64,000 nucleotides of DNA from Octopus vulgaris. Its lineage: Eukaryota. How positions within the stretch are numbered: position 1 is the stretch's first letter; every line of letters begins with the position of its first letter. Of the stretch, positions 43,961-56,680 are shown one piece after another. The position numbers were made by a program, and so were the translations under genes. Below the pieces are notes generated by a model that saw only the letters and a list, made by a program, of their open reading frames with translations, made no database searches and had not been told where the DNA came from. The stretch covers positions 3,968,001 to 4,032,000 of the forward strand of contig OX597831.1 of assembly GCA_951406725.2 (NCBI GenBank), in the 5' to 3' direction.

Positions 43961-44033
43961 ATGTCAATCTATATCTGTATGTGCATTTATATAGCTGGTG
44001 TCAGCTTGTTGATAAGGAGGACCTCCACGATAG

Positions 44034-44322
44034 CCGATGGTCACGTGGGAGCCACATGATCAATGGAGATGCACACTCAACTATCATTTTACTCTTTCGT
44101 TTTCTCTCGTTCTCTCTCTTATTCTTTTACCTCCTCCTATTATTCGATCATATTACTCTTTCGTTTTTTTTCTCATATTATTCTACCTCCCCTTCTCTCC
44201 TCCTGTTTTTTATCACTTATCCTATCTTCAATTTTTTCCTCTTCGCTTCACAGTTCTCTGTCTGTCAATCTCTCTCCCTCACTCTTCCTCCCTTGCATAC
44301 GTGGCTCCCACGTGACCATCGG
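44034..44322. mobile_element. MITE-like element bounded by a perfect 22-bp inverted repeat
   Basis: ccgatggtcacgtgggagccac (44034-44055) and gtggctcccacgtgaccatcgg (44301-44322). Confidence 0.5.
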
Positions 44323-44432
44323 TCATCTTTCTTCTCCTAACTTTTGTTACTTTCTTGAAGGCAGTGCTCCAGCATAGTCGGAGTCAAATGGCTGAAACAA
44401 GTAAAAGAATATATATATATATATATATATAT

Positions 44433-44703
44433 TCCCGGACCGGGCTGTGGGTTATGTTCTTGAGCAAGACACTTTATTTCACGTTGCTCCAGTTCACTCA
44501 GCTGTAGAAATGAGTTGCGACATCACAGGTGCCAAGCTGTATCGGCCTTTAACTTTCCCTTGGATAACATCGGTGGTATGGTAAGGGGAGGCTGGTATGC
44601 ATGGGCGACTGCTGGTCTTCCACAAACAATCTCGCCCTGACTTGTGCCTCGGAGGGTAACTTTCTAGATGCAATTCCATGGTCATCCATGACCGAAGGGG
44701 TCC
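44433..44703 (+). mobile_element. SINE family E, 5'-truncated
   Basis: Homologous to 12690-12972. Confidence 0.75.
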
Positions 44704-44710
44704 CCTCCTC

Positions 44711-44789
<79 letters not shown>

Positions 44790-44838
44790 CATATTGCCCC
44801 ATACTGGGGCAATAGTGAATGAACAAGTAAAAGATAAA

Positions 44839-44886
<48 letters not shown>

Positions 44887-44983
44887 CGGGAAGCTTTATG
44901 AAAATAGACAAAAGATGAAGGCAGGTGGAAAACAAACGAACAATTGTATTAGTATGGCGCTCAGGAAATATAAATAAAACAAG

Positions 44984-45021
44984 TCTTTAACGTTTCGAGC
45001 CTACGCTCTTCAACAGAAAGA
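44984..45021 (-). ncRNA. Minimal HHR variant in the PLE 3' end
   Basis: UCUUU-CUGUUGA-A-GAGC-GUAG-GCUC-GAAAC-GUU-AAAGA. Non-canonical U at core position A6. Confidence 0.62.
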
Positions 45022-45548
45022 TACACAGAGAGAGAAAAACACAGAAAGAAGGAGAGAAAAAAAATGCGTGCAGTAGCTAACGAATCAACATGGCGATCTG
45101 ATTTCGGCCAGAGGTCAAAGATCAAACATGAGACGCGAGAGCGAAATAAGGGGAGATAATAGGGTTGATAAAGGGGTTGAGGGACCAGCTAAAAGTGCGT
45201 GGGAGGGGTCTGGATGTATGTATGTATAGGGTTGGTGTATGTATTAGTATGTATAAGGGTGTGTGTGTGTATGAGAGAGTATTAGTGCGTAAGATTGGTC
45301 TGGACGTGCGTATGTATGGGGTTGGTGTATGTATTAGTATGTATTAGTATGTATTAGTACGTATTGGTATGTATAGGTGTGTGTGTGTGTGTGAGAGAGA
45401 GTATAAGTGCGTATGCGGGGTCTGGACGTGTGTATGTATAGGGTTGGTGTAAGTATTAGTATGTACTAGTATGTATTAGTACGTATTAGTATGTATTAGT
45501 TGGTGTGTGTATTAGTATGGCACATCATATGTGATGTGATGTGTAAAG

Positions 45549-47153
45549 TCATGTGGTGTAGTGAGGAGAAGAAGAGGGGAGGGGGAGAAGAGGGGGAGAG
45601 AAGGGGAGGGGAAGAAGAGGGGGAGGAGAAGGGGGAGAGGAGAGGATGGGGAGAAGGAAGGGGATGAGGGGGATGAAGGAGGAAAGAGGGAGAGGGGAGA
45701 GAGAAGGGGAGAGAGGGAGTGAGGGAGCAGAGGGAAGGGGAAGAGGGAGGGAGAAAGAAGGAAGAAGGGAAGGGGAGTAGGGGTGAAAGGATGAAGGACT
45801 GAAGAAGTAGGGGTCGGGGGAGAAAGGATAGGTGAGGAGGGGGGAGAGGGGGGTTAGATGAGGAGGGGGAGAGTTGAGACCAAATGGCGTATAAGAGCGA
45901 AGAGAGAAGATTAATTCCTGTTCACGGCGCAAACGGGAATCCGGATGGCCTCTGTGTAGGGACAAACCGAACACAGATAGGTGTTGCAAGGAGTGACCGG
46001 TGGAGCGGAAATGGCGTGAGACCGGTGTGTCGTTCGCAAGGTGGATGTCACGAAGGTGTTCCGCGAACCGGTCAGCCAAGCGGCGTCCCGTTTGTCCGAT
46101 GTACAAGGAATTGCAGAGAGAGCAAGAGATGCAATAGATAATATTGCTGGAGGTGCAGGTGAAGGAGTGGATGATGGGATAGGGTCGATGGTGGGTGCTA
46201 GTGAGGCGGGTGGTGTTGGAGAGGTAAGGGCAAGTGCGGCAACGTGGGCGGGAGCAGGGGAACGAGCCGGGTTGGGAGGTAGGGTCAGGGAAGGAGCTAT
46301 GGACCAAAAGGTCTCGAAGGTTGTGGGCTCGTTTGAAAGAGGGGAGGGGTCGGTTAGGGAAGAGGTGTGAAGTGGACGGGTCGGACTGGAGATGACGGAA
46401 AGCTCGAAGAATGGTGCGTTGGAGACGTAGGGTCGTGGGGTGGTAAGTGAGGGGAAAAGGGAGGCGGGAGACTACAGGGCGGGTTCGGGGAGAGAGAGCA
46501 GATACACGGTCCACGGACCGTGCTCTGGCAAGGGCGGTGTGGATAGTGGTGAGGGGGTATCCACGTAGGGTGAAGTGGTGAGCCATACGTTGAGACTGAG
46601 TCTCAAAGTCATGGTCGTCACTACAGAGCCTACGTAGACGGAGGAATTGGGAATAGGGGATGGAAAGCTTGGTGTGTTCTGGGTGGGAGGAAGAGAAGTT
46701 GAGGTATGAGTGTGAGTCTGTGTGTTTGTAGTGAATGGAGGTGGTAAGAGTGGAGTGAAGAATGCTAACCGAAATGTCGAGGAAGGAGACAGAGGTGTTG
46801 GAGATAGTGGAAGTGAAGTGGAGGGCTGGATGGAAAGATTGGACGAAAGAGAGGAAGGAATCTAGATGTTCGCGGGAGAGTGAGGTGGCACCGATAATGT
46901 CGTCAATATAACGACCATATAGTTCAGGAGTGGGACCAGTGAAATTAGAGAATATTTGGGCCTCAACATAGCCAACGAACAGGTTCGCATAGTTGGGGCC
47001 CATTCGCGTTCCCATGGCCACTCCCGAGACCTGATGGTAGAACTCGCCCGCGAACGAGAAGCAGTTCAGAGTAAGGACAAGTTCGGCCAGACGAATGAGT
47101 GTGGAGGTGTCAGGTACAGGGTTAGAGCGGAGGTCAAGAAAGTGTCGAAGGGC
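45549..47153 (-). CDS. PLE polyprotein, C-terminal part: reverse transcriptase, thumb, Cys linker and GIY-YIG endonuclease (N-terminus missing)
   Basis: The frame is open 44 codons upstream of the listed start (ALRHFLDLRS...LVLTLNCFSFAGEFYHQVSG). RT motifs: VAMGTRMGPNYANLF, YGRYIDD, FLDI. Thumb: YKHTDSHSYLNFSSSHP, SIPYSQFLRLRRLCS. Linker: CSRPRCRTC. GIY-YIG: NIIYCISCSLCNSLYIGQTGRRLADRFAEH...REQELIFSLRSYTPFGLN. Confidence 0.93.
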   Translation of the reverse strand, partial: ALRHFLDLRSNPVPDTSTLIRLAELVLTLNCFSFAGEFYHQVSGVAMGTRMGPNYANLFVGYVEAQIFSNFTGPTPELYGRYIDDIIGATSLSREHLDSFLSFVQSFHPALHFTSTISNTSVSFLDISVSILHSTLTTSIHYKHTDSHSYLNFSSSHPEHTKLSIPYSQFLRLRRLCSDDHDFETQSQRMAHHFTLRGYPLTTIHTALARARSVDRVSALSPRTRPVVSRLPFPLTYHPTTLRLQRTILRAFRHLQSDPSTSHLFPNRPLPSFKRAHNLRDLLVHSSFPDPTSQPGSFPCSRPRCRTCPYLSNTTRLTSTHHRPYPIIHSFTCTSSNIIYCISCSLCNSLYIGQTGRRLADRFAEHLRDIHLANDTPVSRHFRSTGHSLQHLSVFGLSLHRGHPDSRLRREQELIFSLRSYTPFGLNSPPPHLTPLSPLLTYPFSPDPYFFSPSSFHPYSPSLLPSFSLPLPLPSAPSLPLSPSLSPLPLSSFIPLIPFLLPILSSPPSPPPLLPLPFSPPLLPLPSSSPHYTT

Positions 47154-47547
47154 CTATATATATGCAAATATGCCAAAAGCCACCAAGTGGTTTCCTTACA
47201 TGCTGAAAGTAGACACTAAATCGTCTAATTACAAAAAATGCGTTCTCCGACGGCGGGTCGGATATACTCGTGCAAGACACTATGAAAAGATATAAAACGG
47301 GCCAGTAAACGCACACACACACACACACACCTATATATAAACTAGGGAAATAGAAATTAAAAGAATGCTTTACATTGCTTACATTAATGTTCTTTTTTTT
47401 ATAGCTGAGAAGTTATATTAATGATGCTTCTGCCGCGAGTTTCGTGCAACGAACTTATCAAACCCGCTTGCATAATTTTCTCAGTGCTTCAATCACTGAC
47501 GCACTTTTTCAGCCATTGATAACAACAACAACAACATCAATAATGAA

Positions 47548-47719
47548 TTCTTCTTTTCTTCTTCTTCTTCTTCTTCTTCTTCTTCTTCTTCTTCTTCTTC
47601 TTCTTCTTCTTCTTCTTCTTCTTCTTCTTCTTCTTCTTCTTCCAATTCTTCATCATCATCTTCATCTTCATCTTCTTCTTATTCTTTTTCTTCTTCTTCT
47701 TCTTCTTCTTCTTCTTCTT

Positions 47720-47787
<68 letters not shown>

Positions 47788-47798
47788 CATTATCATTA

Positions 47799-47863
<65 letters not shown>

Positions 47864-47866
47864 GTT

Positions 47867-47960
<94 letters not shown>

Positions 47961-47990
47961 CTACAATTATTATTATTATTGCTATTACTA
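47548..47990. repeat. Compound (TTC)n/(ATT)n/(ATC)n microsatellite
   Basis: Direct reading. Confidence 0.97.
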
Positions 47991-48452
47991 CTGGTATTGT
48001 TAGTTACAAACGTTGAATTGTGAGTCATAATACGTCTTTACAAAGCAGTTACTTAACAAATATATTGATTCGACAGAGGCAAAGATTAAGAATTCACCAT
48101 TTAATAAACGGTTCGCAAAGAGAATGATAAAAACCAATCCCTATAGATCTGCTTACGAACTTGACTACATTATTCATAGAATAATATCTCAAAGATCTTG
48201 CAGGATTCTATGACATAGTATTTTTGCAGTCAGTGCCAACATGTTTGGAAGCTTGGTTTTGTTAAAGAGATGAGAAGCTGATAGAACATTCTAAATGATT
48301 AAACACTACAGCTCCAAAAACATCTCTCCATCTCTCTATTTACCCACCTCTCCATCTTTCTCTCTCACTCGCATACACCATCTATTTCTATCTAAATGCT
48401 CTCTCTATATGTGTGGCCATAAGTAATTATGTATGTATGTATATATACATAC

Positions 48453-48536
<84 letters not shown>

Positions 48537-48742
48537 TTATATGTATATATATATATATGTGTGTGTGTGGGGTGGTGGGTGAGGGTGGGTTGTCGCTTCC
48601 GCCGACCTCTATGTAATTACTTCTGTCCCCAATCACTCCACACTCACTTTACGTATCTTTGACATAGCGGAAGTAGAGGGAGACACTTGGCTTACGTTTC
48701 TTCCATTCAACATAAATGCGGCAATCATTGCCTTTAATGTGC

Positions 48743-48863
<121 letters not shown>

Positions 48864-49492
48864 TGTATGTGTGTATGTATGTATATATATATTTATATTC
48901 ATATTACATATGTATACATATATATATAGATATACACACACTGACTTTACACAATTACATTCACGCACACATATGTACGTATGTGGAATTCACTCCTTTT
49001 AACACATTGAATTCTACATTTAATTAATATTTAGCGTCTTTTATATACAATCGAACATGTAATATATATATATATGAACGTACTTTATAATTTTTCTCAG
49101 AATTATTCAAGTTTGTATGTGTGGGTGTGCGTGTGTGTGTGTGCGTATGTGTATGTTGAGGCGCTGGTTTAGTGGTTAAGGTGTTGAAGTCGTAAAATTG
49201 TGGTTTCGATTCTTGGACCAAGTGATTTGTACTTTTAAGCGAAACATTTTATTTCACGTTGCTCTCCAATCCGATTGACCGGCAAAATGAGTAATCTTAC
49301 AACCGACCGGTGACACGTCCAGCGTGGAATGTATTCGGCACAGAATCTGGGAAACCAGCGTTATGAGCCAATGGCTACAGAAGGACCTGTGATATTTGGT
49401 TTATCTATCTGTCTGTCTGTCTGTCTGTCCGTCCGTCTGTCTATTTATCTCGCTGTCCGTCCGTCCGTCCATCAATCCATCCATCCATCCAT

Positions 49493-49580
<88 letters not shown>

Positions 49581-49889
49581 ATATATACTTAAAAAGGGAT
49601 GCGTGCGTTTCGTCATATAATATATTAATAAATAAAACACATGCGTATATATAAACCACCTTCGAAACGTAGAGTAGATGAAACCATGGCGACTGAAGAA
49701 GGGGTTTTTTCTTTGTGCTAATTGTCCTGTACTCTATTTTTTTTGTTGTTTAAAAAAATGTCCAGTTCCTTGGGTTTGTGTCTATGTTTTCGTTTCTCAT
49801 TGTGTTCGACGTCTTTTTTGTGTCCTGTACTCATATATGCGTGTATATGTACATGTATGTTTATATATATGCATATGTTTTATTTATTA

Positions 49890-49934
<45 letters not shown>

Positions 49935-49989
49935 TCATCAAACCAATCTTGGATTTTACAACATGTACACCCAATAATTTCTCTGGATG

Positions 49990-50510
49990 ACTCAAAAAAT
50001 AATATCACTTAGCTTACCCCATGATTCATCTATAATTTGCGTGATTCTAACATCGTGTAACTTTTCATCTTGTATTTGATCGAGAATATTCTTGTTGTTA
50101 TCTACTTTGAGCTTTGAAATACCAAGTCTCCTTATGAGGTTTTCACGATTTTGTTTTATTCCCAGCTTGGGTCTCATTTTCATTTTACAACAAACCATAG
50201 CATGGTCAAATCAGCATTCTGCTTCACAGAAAAAAAAAAAACATTTAATATAATTTCTTCCTCGGATTCGGACAATCACATCGTCAATCAAGTGACCATG
50301 ACCTGATTTCGGATAATACCAAGTTATTCTCTTTGTATTGGACTTTCGAAAAAATCGTATTGGTGACCAATGTCCAAACTCACTGCACAAAGATAGTATC
50401 AAGAGTCTATTTGAGTTCATTTTGCCAAGATCTTACTTACCAGGAATATTTGGCCAAGAAAGGTAATCTGATTCAACACGGGCATTAAAATCTCCTAAAA
50501 GAAAGGATGT
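49990..50510 (-). pseudogene. RTE-type LINE AP-endonuclease remnant
   Basis: LLGDFNARV, GKMNSNRLLILSLCSEF, TWYYPKSGHGHLIDDVIVR, DHAMVCCK. Confidence 0.75.
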
Positions 50511-50673
50511 TATCTTGATTTAGAATTCTGTTCAGTAATATATATATATATATATATATATAAATAATTTCAGCAAAACAATTAAGATTCAAATGAATTC
50601 AAATGAATATGGTACTTAACTTAGATGCACCAGAATTCTTTATGGTATTAACCATAAAAATATGTGGGGTGAT

Positions 50674-50728
50674 TATAACCAAGAAAAAAGTAACAAGAAT
50701 GGATCCATTCTTGTTACTTTTTTCTTGG

Positions 50729-50733
<5 letters not shown>
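50674..50733. repeat. Perfect 60-bp palindrome
   Basis: tataaccaagaaaaaagtaacaagaatgga|tccattcttgttacttttttcttggttata. Confidence 0.95.
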
Positions 50734-50764
<31 letters not shown>

Positions 50765-50768
<4 letters not shown>

Positions 50769-50972
50769 GTATATTTGTAGAGTGAGAATTTACAAAAAAA
50801 ACAAAAGACGAAGACGGGTGTGTAAACAACAAACAGATGTATCAGTTTAGCGCTCGAGAAGTGAAAAAGTATTTTACGTTTCGAGCCTACGCCCTTCGGT
50901 AGAATGGAATACAGAAATAAACAGGGAGGGAAAATAGAAAAGGTTTGGTGGCTAGCGATCTATCAGGGCGAA
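50765..50972 (-). mobile_element. PLE 3' fragment, third related family, with degenerate HHR-like motif at 50871-50906
   Basis: CUACCGA-A-GGGC-GUAG-GCUC-GAAACGUA. Same layout as 44886-45096. TA-flanked. Confidence 0.62.
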
Positions 50973-50989
50973 TATATATTTGTAGAGCC

Positions 50990-51350
50990 GTATACGCTGG
51001 CGCGGTCCTGTACATCGCATACCAACTAAAGAACACGAGGACGACCTCATCTTCGTTTCAAGGATGTCTGCAAGAGATATATGAAGTCATCTGATCTGGA
51101 CGTCTGCGAAAGGGGATGAAGCGAGGGGAAGAAAAACAGGAACTCGCCACCAAAAAAAAAAGCGCACTTGATGGAAGGCAAAACCAGTAGCACCGGCAGA
51201 GAGCTCCTTCAAATCCAGTTGCTGTATACATAATTACCACTCTCGTTTGGTCCTCTGCAACCACTGGAGGCGCTGCACCACCATCACCAGTTGACACGAT
51301 TTCTTCGGGCGCAGATCCATGGTCACTCGATACCGACCGACGCCTCCTAT
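50990..51350 (+). pseudogene. RTE-type LINE 3' remnant
   Basis: RGRPHLRFKDVCKRYMKSSDLD, typical of the RTE ORF C-terminus. Confidence 0.6.
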
Positions 51351-51579
51351 AACTATATATTTGCCTGTGCGTACACACATGTCTAGTATACTTGCATATT
51401 CAACATTGCTCTTTAAACAGAACTCAATATTGTAGTAAAAAATTTCTTCTTCTGTACTTTAACAGATGTAATCAGTTGTCCCGAACTTTTCCAAGTGTAA
51501 AAACTTGTCCTGTAATTTTCCAGGTTTATAATCTTAAGAATATTATTTCGCTTGTTCGCATTTTTCCATTTGATGTATG

Positions 51580-51990
51580 GATGATTGTATGCATGCGTGT
51601 ATGTATGTATGTATGTATGTATGTATGTATGTATGTATGTATGTATGTATGTATGTATGTATATATGTATGTATGTTTGTACGTATGTATGTATGTATGT
51701 ATGATTGTAAGCATGCGTGTATGTATGTATGTATGTATGTATGTATGTATGTATGTATGTATGTATGTATGTGTGTGTGTGTATGTATGTATGTATGTAT
51801 GCATGTATGTATGTATGTATATATGTATGTATGTTTGTACGTATGTATGTATGTATGTATGATTGTAAGCATGCGTGTATGTATGTATGTATGTATGTGT
51901 GTATGCATGCGTGCATGTATGCATGTATGTATGCATGCATGCATGTATGTATATATGTATGTGTGTATGTATGTGTGCATGCGAGAATGC
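51580..51990. repeat. (ATGT)n tract with higher-order duplication
   Basis: atgattgta(t/a)gcatgcgtgt occurs three times. Confidence 0.9.
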
Positions 51991-52510
51991 ATGTATGTGT
52001 GCAAGGATACACACATATACGGCATGATTTCTCCCTCGCCTTACTTCTGGTCTTGAGACACGCTTAAGCCTCATTTAATCAACTTATTTATTCATCCATT
52101 CTATGCCCAGATCCATTGTCTCTACAATAAAATATATTTTGCTATGGAAAACACAAACGCTGTAAAAATAATGCTATTAAACGCGATTGGCAAACTTATG
52201 AATATTACAATTTCCTATTGTTCTTCCTTTGACACGTCTTGTCCTTAAGACATATGATTAAAATATTCCAGAATTTTCGGTGATAAAGATTAAGACACCG
52301 TAGATCAAGGGGTATGCTCCAAGGTAACCGAAATCACGTTATAGTTTGAACCCTTGGTTAAAATCCTCAGCCATGTCATTTTCTTTATGACGTTAACGCT
52401 CCAAGGACAGAAATGAGCGCTACAACCCACCGCTCATTTTTGTCTCTTAATAAAAAGACACAGACAAATAAACAAACATATTAATATATTGTTGACAGAC
52501 TTACACACAG

Positions 52511-53325
52511 GGTAGCGAGCTGGCAGAATTGTTAGCACGCCGGGCGAAATGCTTAGCAGTATTTCGTCCGTCGCTACGTTCTGAGTTCAAATTCCGCCGA
52601 GGTCGACTTTGCCTTTCATCCTTTCGGGGTCGATAAATTAAGTACCAGTTACGCACTGGGGTCGATGTAATCGACTTAATACCTATGTCTGTCCTTGTTT
52701 GTCCCCTCTGTGTTTAGCCCCTTGTGGGTAATAAAGAAATAGGTATTTCGTCTGCCGTTACGTTCTGAGTTCAAATTCTGCCGAGGTCGACTTTGCCTTT
52801 CATCCTTTCGGGGTCAATTAAATAAGTACCAGTTACGCACTGGGGTCCATATAATCGACTTAATCCGTTCGTCTGTCCTTGTTTGTCCTCTCTGTGTTTA
52901 GCCCCTTGTGGGTAGTAAAGAAATAGGTATTTCGTCTGCCGCTACGTTCTGAGTTCCAATTCCACCCAGGTCGACTTTGCTTTGTATCTTTCGAGGGTCG
53001 ATAAAACAAGTACTTGTTGAAAACTGGGGTCGATATAAACGACTTACACCTTCCCCTAAAATTATTGGCCTTGTGCCAACATTTAAAGCCCATACATTGT
53101 TGACAGTGAGGGCGGCGAGCTGGCCGAATCGTTAGCATGCAGGGCAGAATGTTTAGTGGCATTTTATCTGTCTTTAAGTTCTGAGTTCAAATTCCACCGG
53201 GGTTAACATTACCTTTTATCATTTTGGGGTCGATAAAATAGGTAACAGTTAAACACAGGGTCTGATGTAATCGACTTACGCCCTGCACTGAAATTGCTGT
53301 CCTTGGGCCAAAATTTGAAACCAAT
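52511..53325 (+). mobile_element. SINE family B trimer plus adjacent monomer (53110-53325)
   Basis: gtatttcgtc recurs at about 52559, 52743 and 52927 (184-bp period). Confidence 0.85.
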
Positions 53326-53959
53326 ATATTGGTGACAGATGAAATACATAATGCCATTCTAGAATTACAAAGCTGAGGTCTTTATAATGTGTTATTAACC
53401 GTAGGGCTGAAATGCATATTGTTCTAAGCCGTAATATAGAATTCCACCCACCACTTTTGAGGAGTATATTCCCGATAAAGAATGAATAGAGTTGAATTAT
53501 TTCTTTATTATCCCAATCATATGATGCCTATGCAGTAGCATACTTTTGCCCTCTGGTAGTCGTTAACCATAGCCGACGTGAAACACAATGTACAGCAGAT
53601 AATAGAAAACTATATCCATTATTCTTATTTACAATAGTTGTCACGCCCGTTTCAATTTTGAGGTGAAAAAATTCGAAATATGGATAAAAAAACGTAATTG
53701 GTGCTATTGCGACAGTTATTGGCTGTAAGCCGTATAGTTTATTTTTCCAAAAGAACGTCTTAATTATTGAAACAACAATAAACCATTATATAAATGTTCC
53801 GAACAACGCCGAAGAATATGGAAAAATTACGAAAGAACAATGCCACAAAGCTGAAATATTTCAGTCTTTCAGCTTTTCTCTTTTACAGACTGTTTTCTTC
53901 ACCTTATTAGAAGCTCATATAAAGCAATGTGTGTCTTGTTTATTATTCAAGCTATAACT

Positions 53960-54555
<596 letters not shown>

Positions 54556-54637
54556 ATCTAACATATACAGATAGTAGCTGGAGGAGTCATTAATGTACTA
54601 TCTGTTTATTATCATCATCATCATCATCATCATCGTC

Positions 54638-54674
<37 letters not shown>

Positions 54675-55731
54675 TCATCATCATCATCAGCATCATCATC
54701 AACATCAATTTTTCGAACTCATTGAATCAATTAATGTGAAGCTCAAGGTAATTGTTTTGATTCTTTCTAAAAAGATCAACAGTTTCTCATCAGCTTGAGT
54801 TCATAACATTTTTATAGGTCGATTCGCCATCTTTCTTTTCCCTCCCCCTTTTCTTTTCCCCCCACCCCATCCCGTTCCAAAGTTACACAGAAAAAAACAT
54901 TTAGAAGGTGTTAATTTGAAAGTCATCACTGGGTGGGTCGATATATTTACCATCCATAAATTCGCAGGAGGTATGTATGGATCGATTGAATCTTTTCCAA
55001 TACACCCACGATTGTTAAGTTATTGAACTTTTCAGCTTCACATACACCAACTATATTTGCTCCCGTTTTACTGCTTGTTTTCCATACAGCAGGCGTCCCT
55101 GGGCATTTTTTTTCTAGTCATTATACTACTCAGTTGTCATGATATAAAATTTCATATTCTCTCCAGCAACTTTAAGGTCTGGCAAAATGATTAGATCAAA
55201 ATTCGTTGATGAGGTCAACTTATATAAAAACAGCTAGAATTGTTACTATACAGCTGAAGACGAGGCTCATTCCGCCATTGCGCTCTAGATTAAGTTAACT
55301 TCAAATTTAAATTGTGGAGATTGTCTCAGTGTCTTTCTTGTTTACGATTCATAATTAAGATGATGAAAGTGATAATTAAGATAATGACATTGCTAATTAA
55401 GCTAATGATCATTTTGGAGTTTCTAAGAGGTAATAAGGTGCAGGTATGGCCGCCGGGTTAAGAAGTCCGATTTGCAACGTCGTGGCTTCTGACTCAGTCT
55501 CAGTGCGCGGTACCATGGGCAAGGGAATTCTACTGTAGCCCAGGGTCGATCAATGTCTGGTGAGTCAATTTGGTAGGCGGAAGCCGTGTGGAATACCGTA
55601 GATATATATATATGTATATACGTATACGTATATATAAATATATGTATATGTATACATATACATATATATATATGTATGTATGTATATACCATATATGCGT
55701 ATATGTGTATATATGTATATGTGCATATGGA

Positions 55732-55773
<42 letters not shown>

Positions 55774-55954
55774 TATATATACATACATATATGTATATAA
55801 ATGTATGTATATGTATGCACACACACACACAAACACATGCATGCATATATATATATAAATCTGTGCGTATATGTGCGTGTGTATATATATGTATATATTT
55901 GTGTATACTCCCCATATACGGAGAACAACTGTATAGTATGTAGGATGAACCCAC

Positions 55955-56399
55955 AGGTTAACTGTGGGATTAGGAATGTAATTTATAGGATGCGATGTAC
56001 TTAAGGACGGCGCAGAAGCAAGACAACAACTTACAATGGAGAGACGGCACGTAGTATAGGGGAACGGGTTGTTGAATACTGCGGGAACTCAAAGAAGAGA
56101 AAAGCTCGTCAGTGTTCTACCAACATGCTCAAATAGAACATAGAAGCTCGGTTAAAAACATGGATGTTAAGGTATTATCAAAGCATAGAACAGACACGAC
56201 ATTTAATCAGATTACAGAGGCCACACAGATAGTAATAGATTGAGCCTCAAATGAAAACCTGAATGGAAGAATAATACCGCTCATCACTACACTACGCAAC
56301 ATGACAACTAAAGACAGAATGGGAGAAAAAAGACACAGATACAAACAGTATAGTACATAAACCAATATACACACATACAAAATACATAGACACGTATGA

Positions 56400-56435
<36 letters not shown>

Positions 56436-56680
56436 ACACATACACACACAGAGAAACACACACATACAGATGCAAACGCATGCGCAGATAATAAAGATAC
56501 ATGCCATAGAAAGACAGAATGGACTAAACAGAGCAGGAGAAGACATGTGGGATGGAGTGTCGCTGAAGAGGTCAGAGGTGTGAGACGAAAGATTTCCAGG
56601 CAATGGACATAAAATAAGAAGAACAAATACATAATGTCTGTGTATATTTGGCAAGAAAAAAAGTGACCCTCCCAAAATAT
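55955..56680 (+). mobile_element. Second PLE 3' remnant: GIY-YIG endonuclease plus UTR
   Basis: [14 protein letters not shown]...YNGETARSIGERVVEY...SSVFYQHAQIEH...QITEATQI, followed by a decayed HHR-like motif at 56563-56600. Confidence 0.65.

Larger units (their letters stand above)
44886..47154 (-). mobile_element. Penelope-like retroelement (Neptune-type), 5'-truncated, inserted in a (TA)n microsatellite
   Basis: Carries an RT + GIY-YIG ORF, a 3' UTR with a minisatellite (~45200-45520) and an HHR-like motif (44984-45021). Flanked by TA repeats at both ends. Its last ~210 bp recur as a separate copy at 3091-3300. Confidence 0.92.

Noticed and set aside
45884-46370. Plus-strand ORFs overlapping the PLE
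   Set aside because: Antisense shadow frames of a compositionally skewed coding sequence.
52511-53090. Regularly spaced repeats suggestive of a CRISPR array
   Set aside because: Whole 184-bp units repeat with no unique spacers, there are no cas genes, and the context is eukaryotic.
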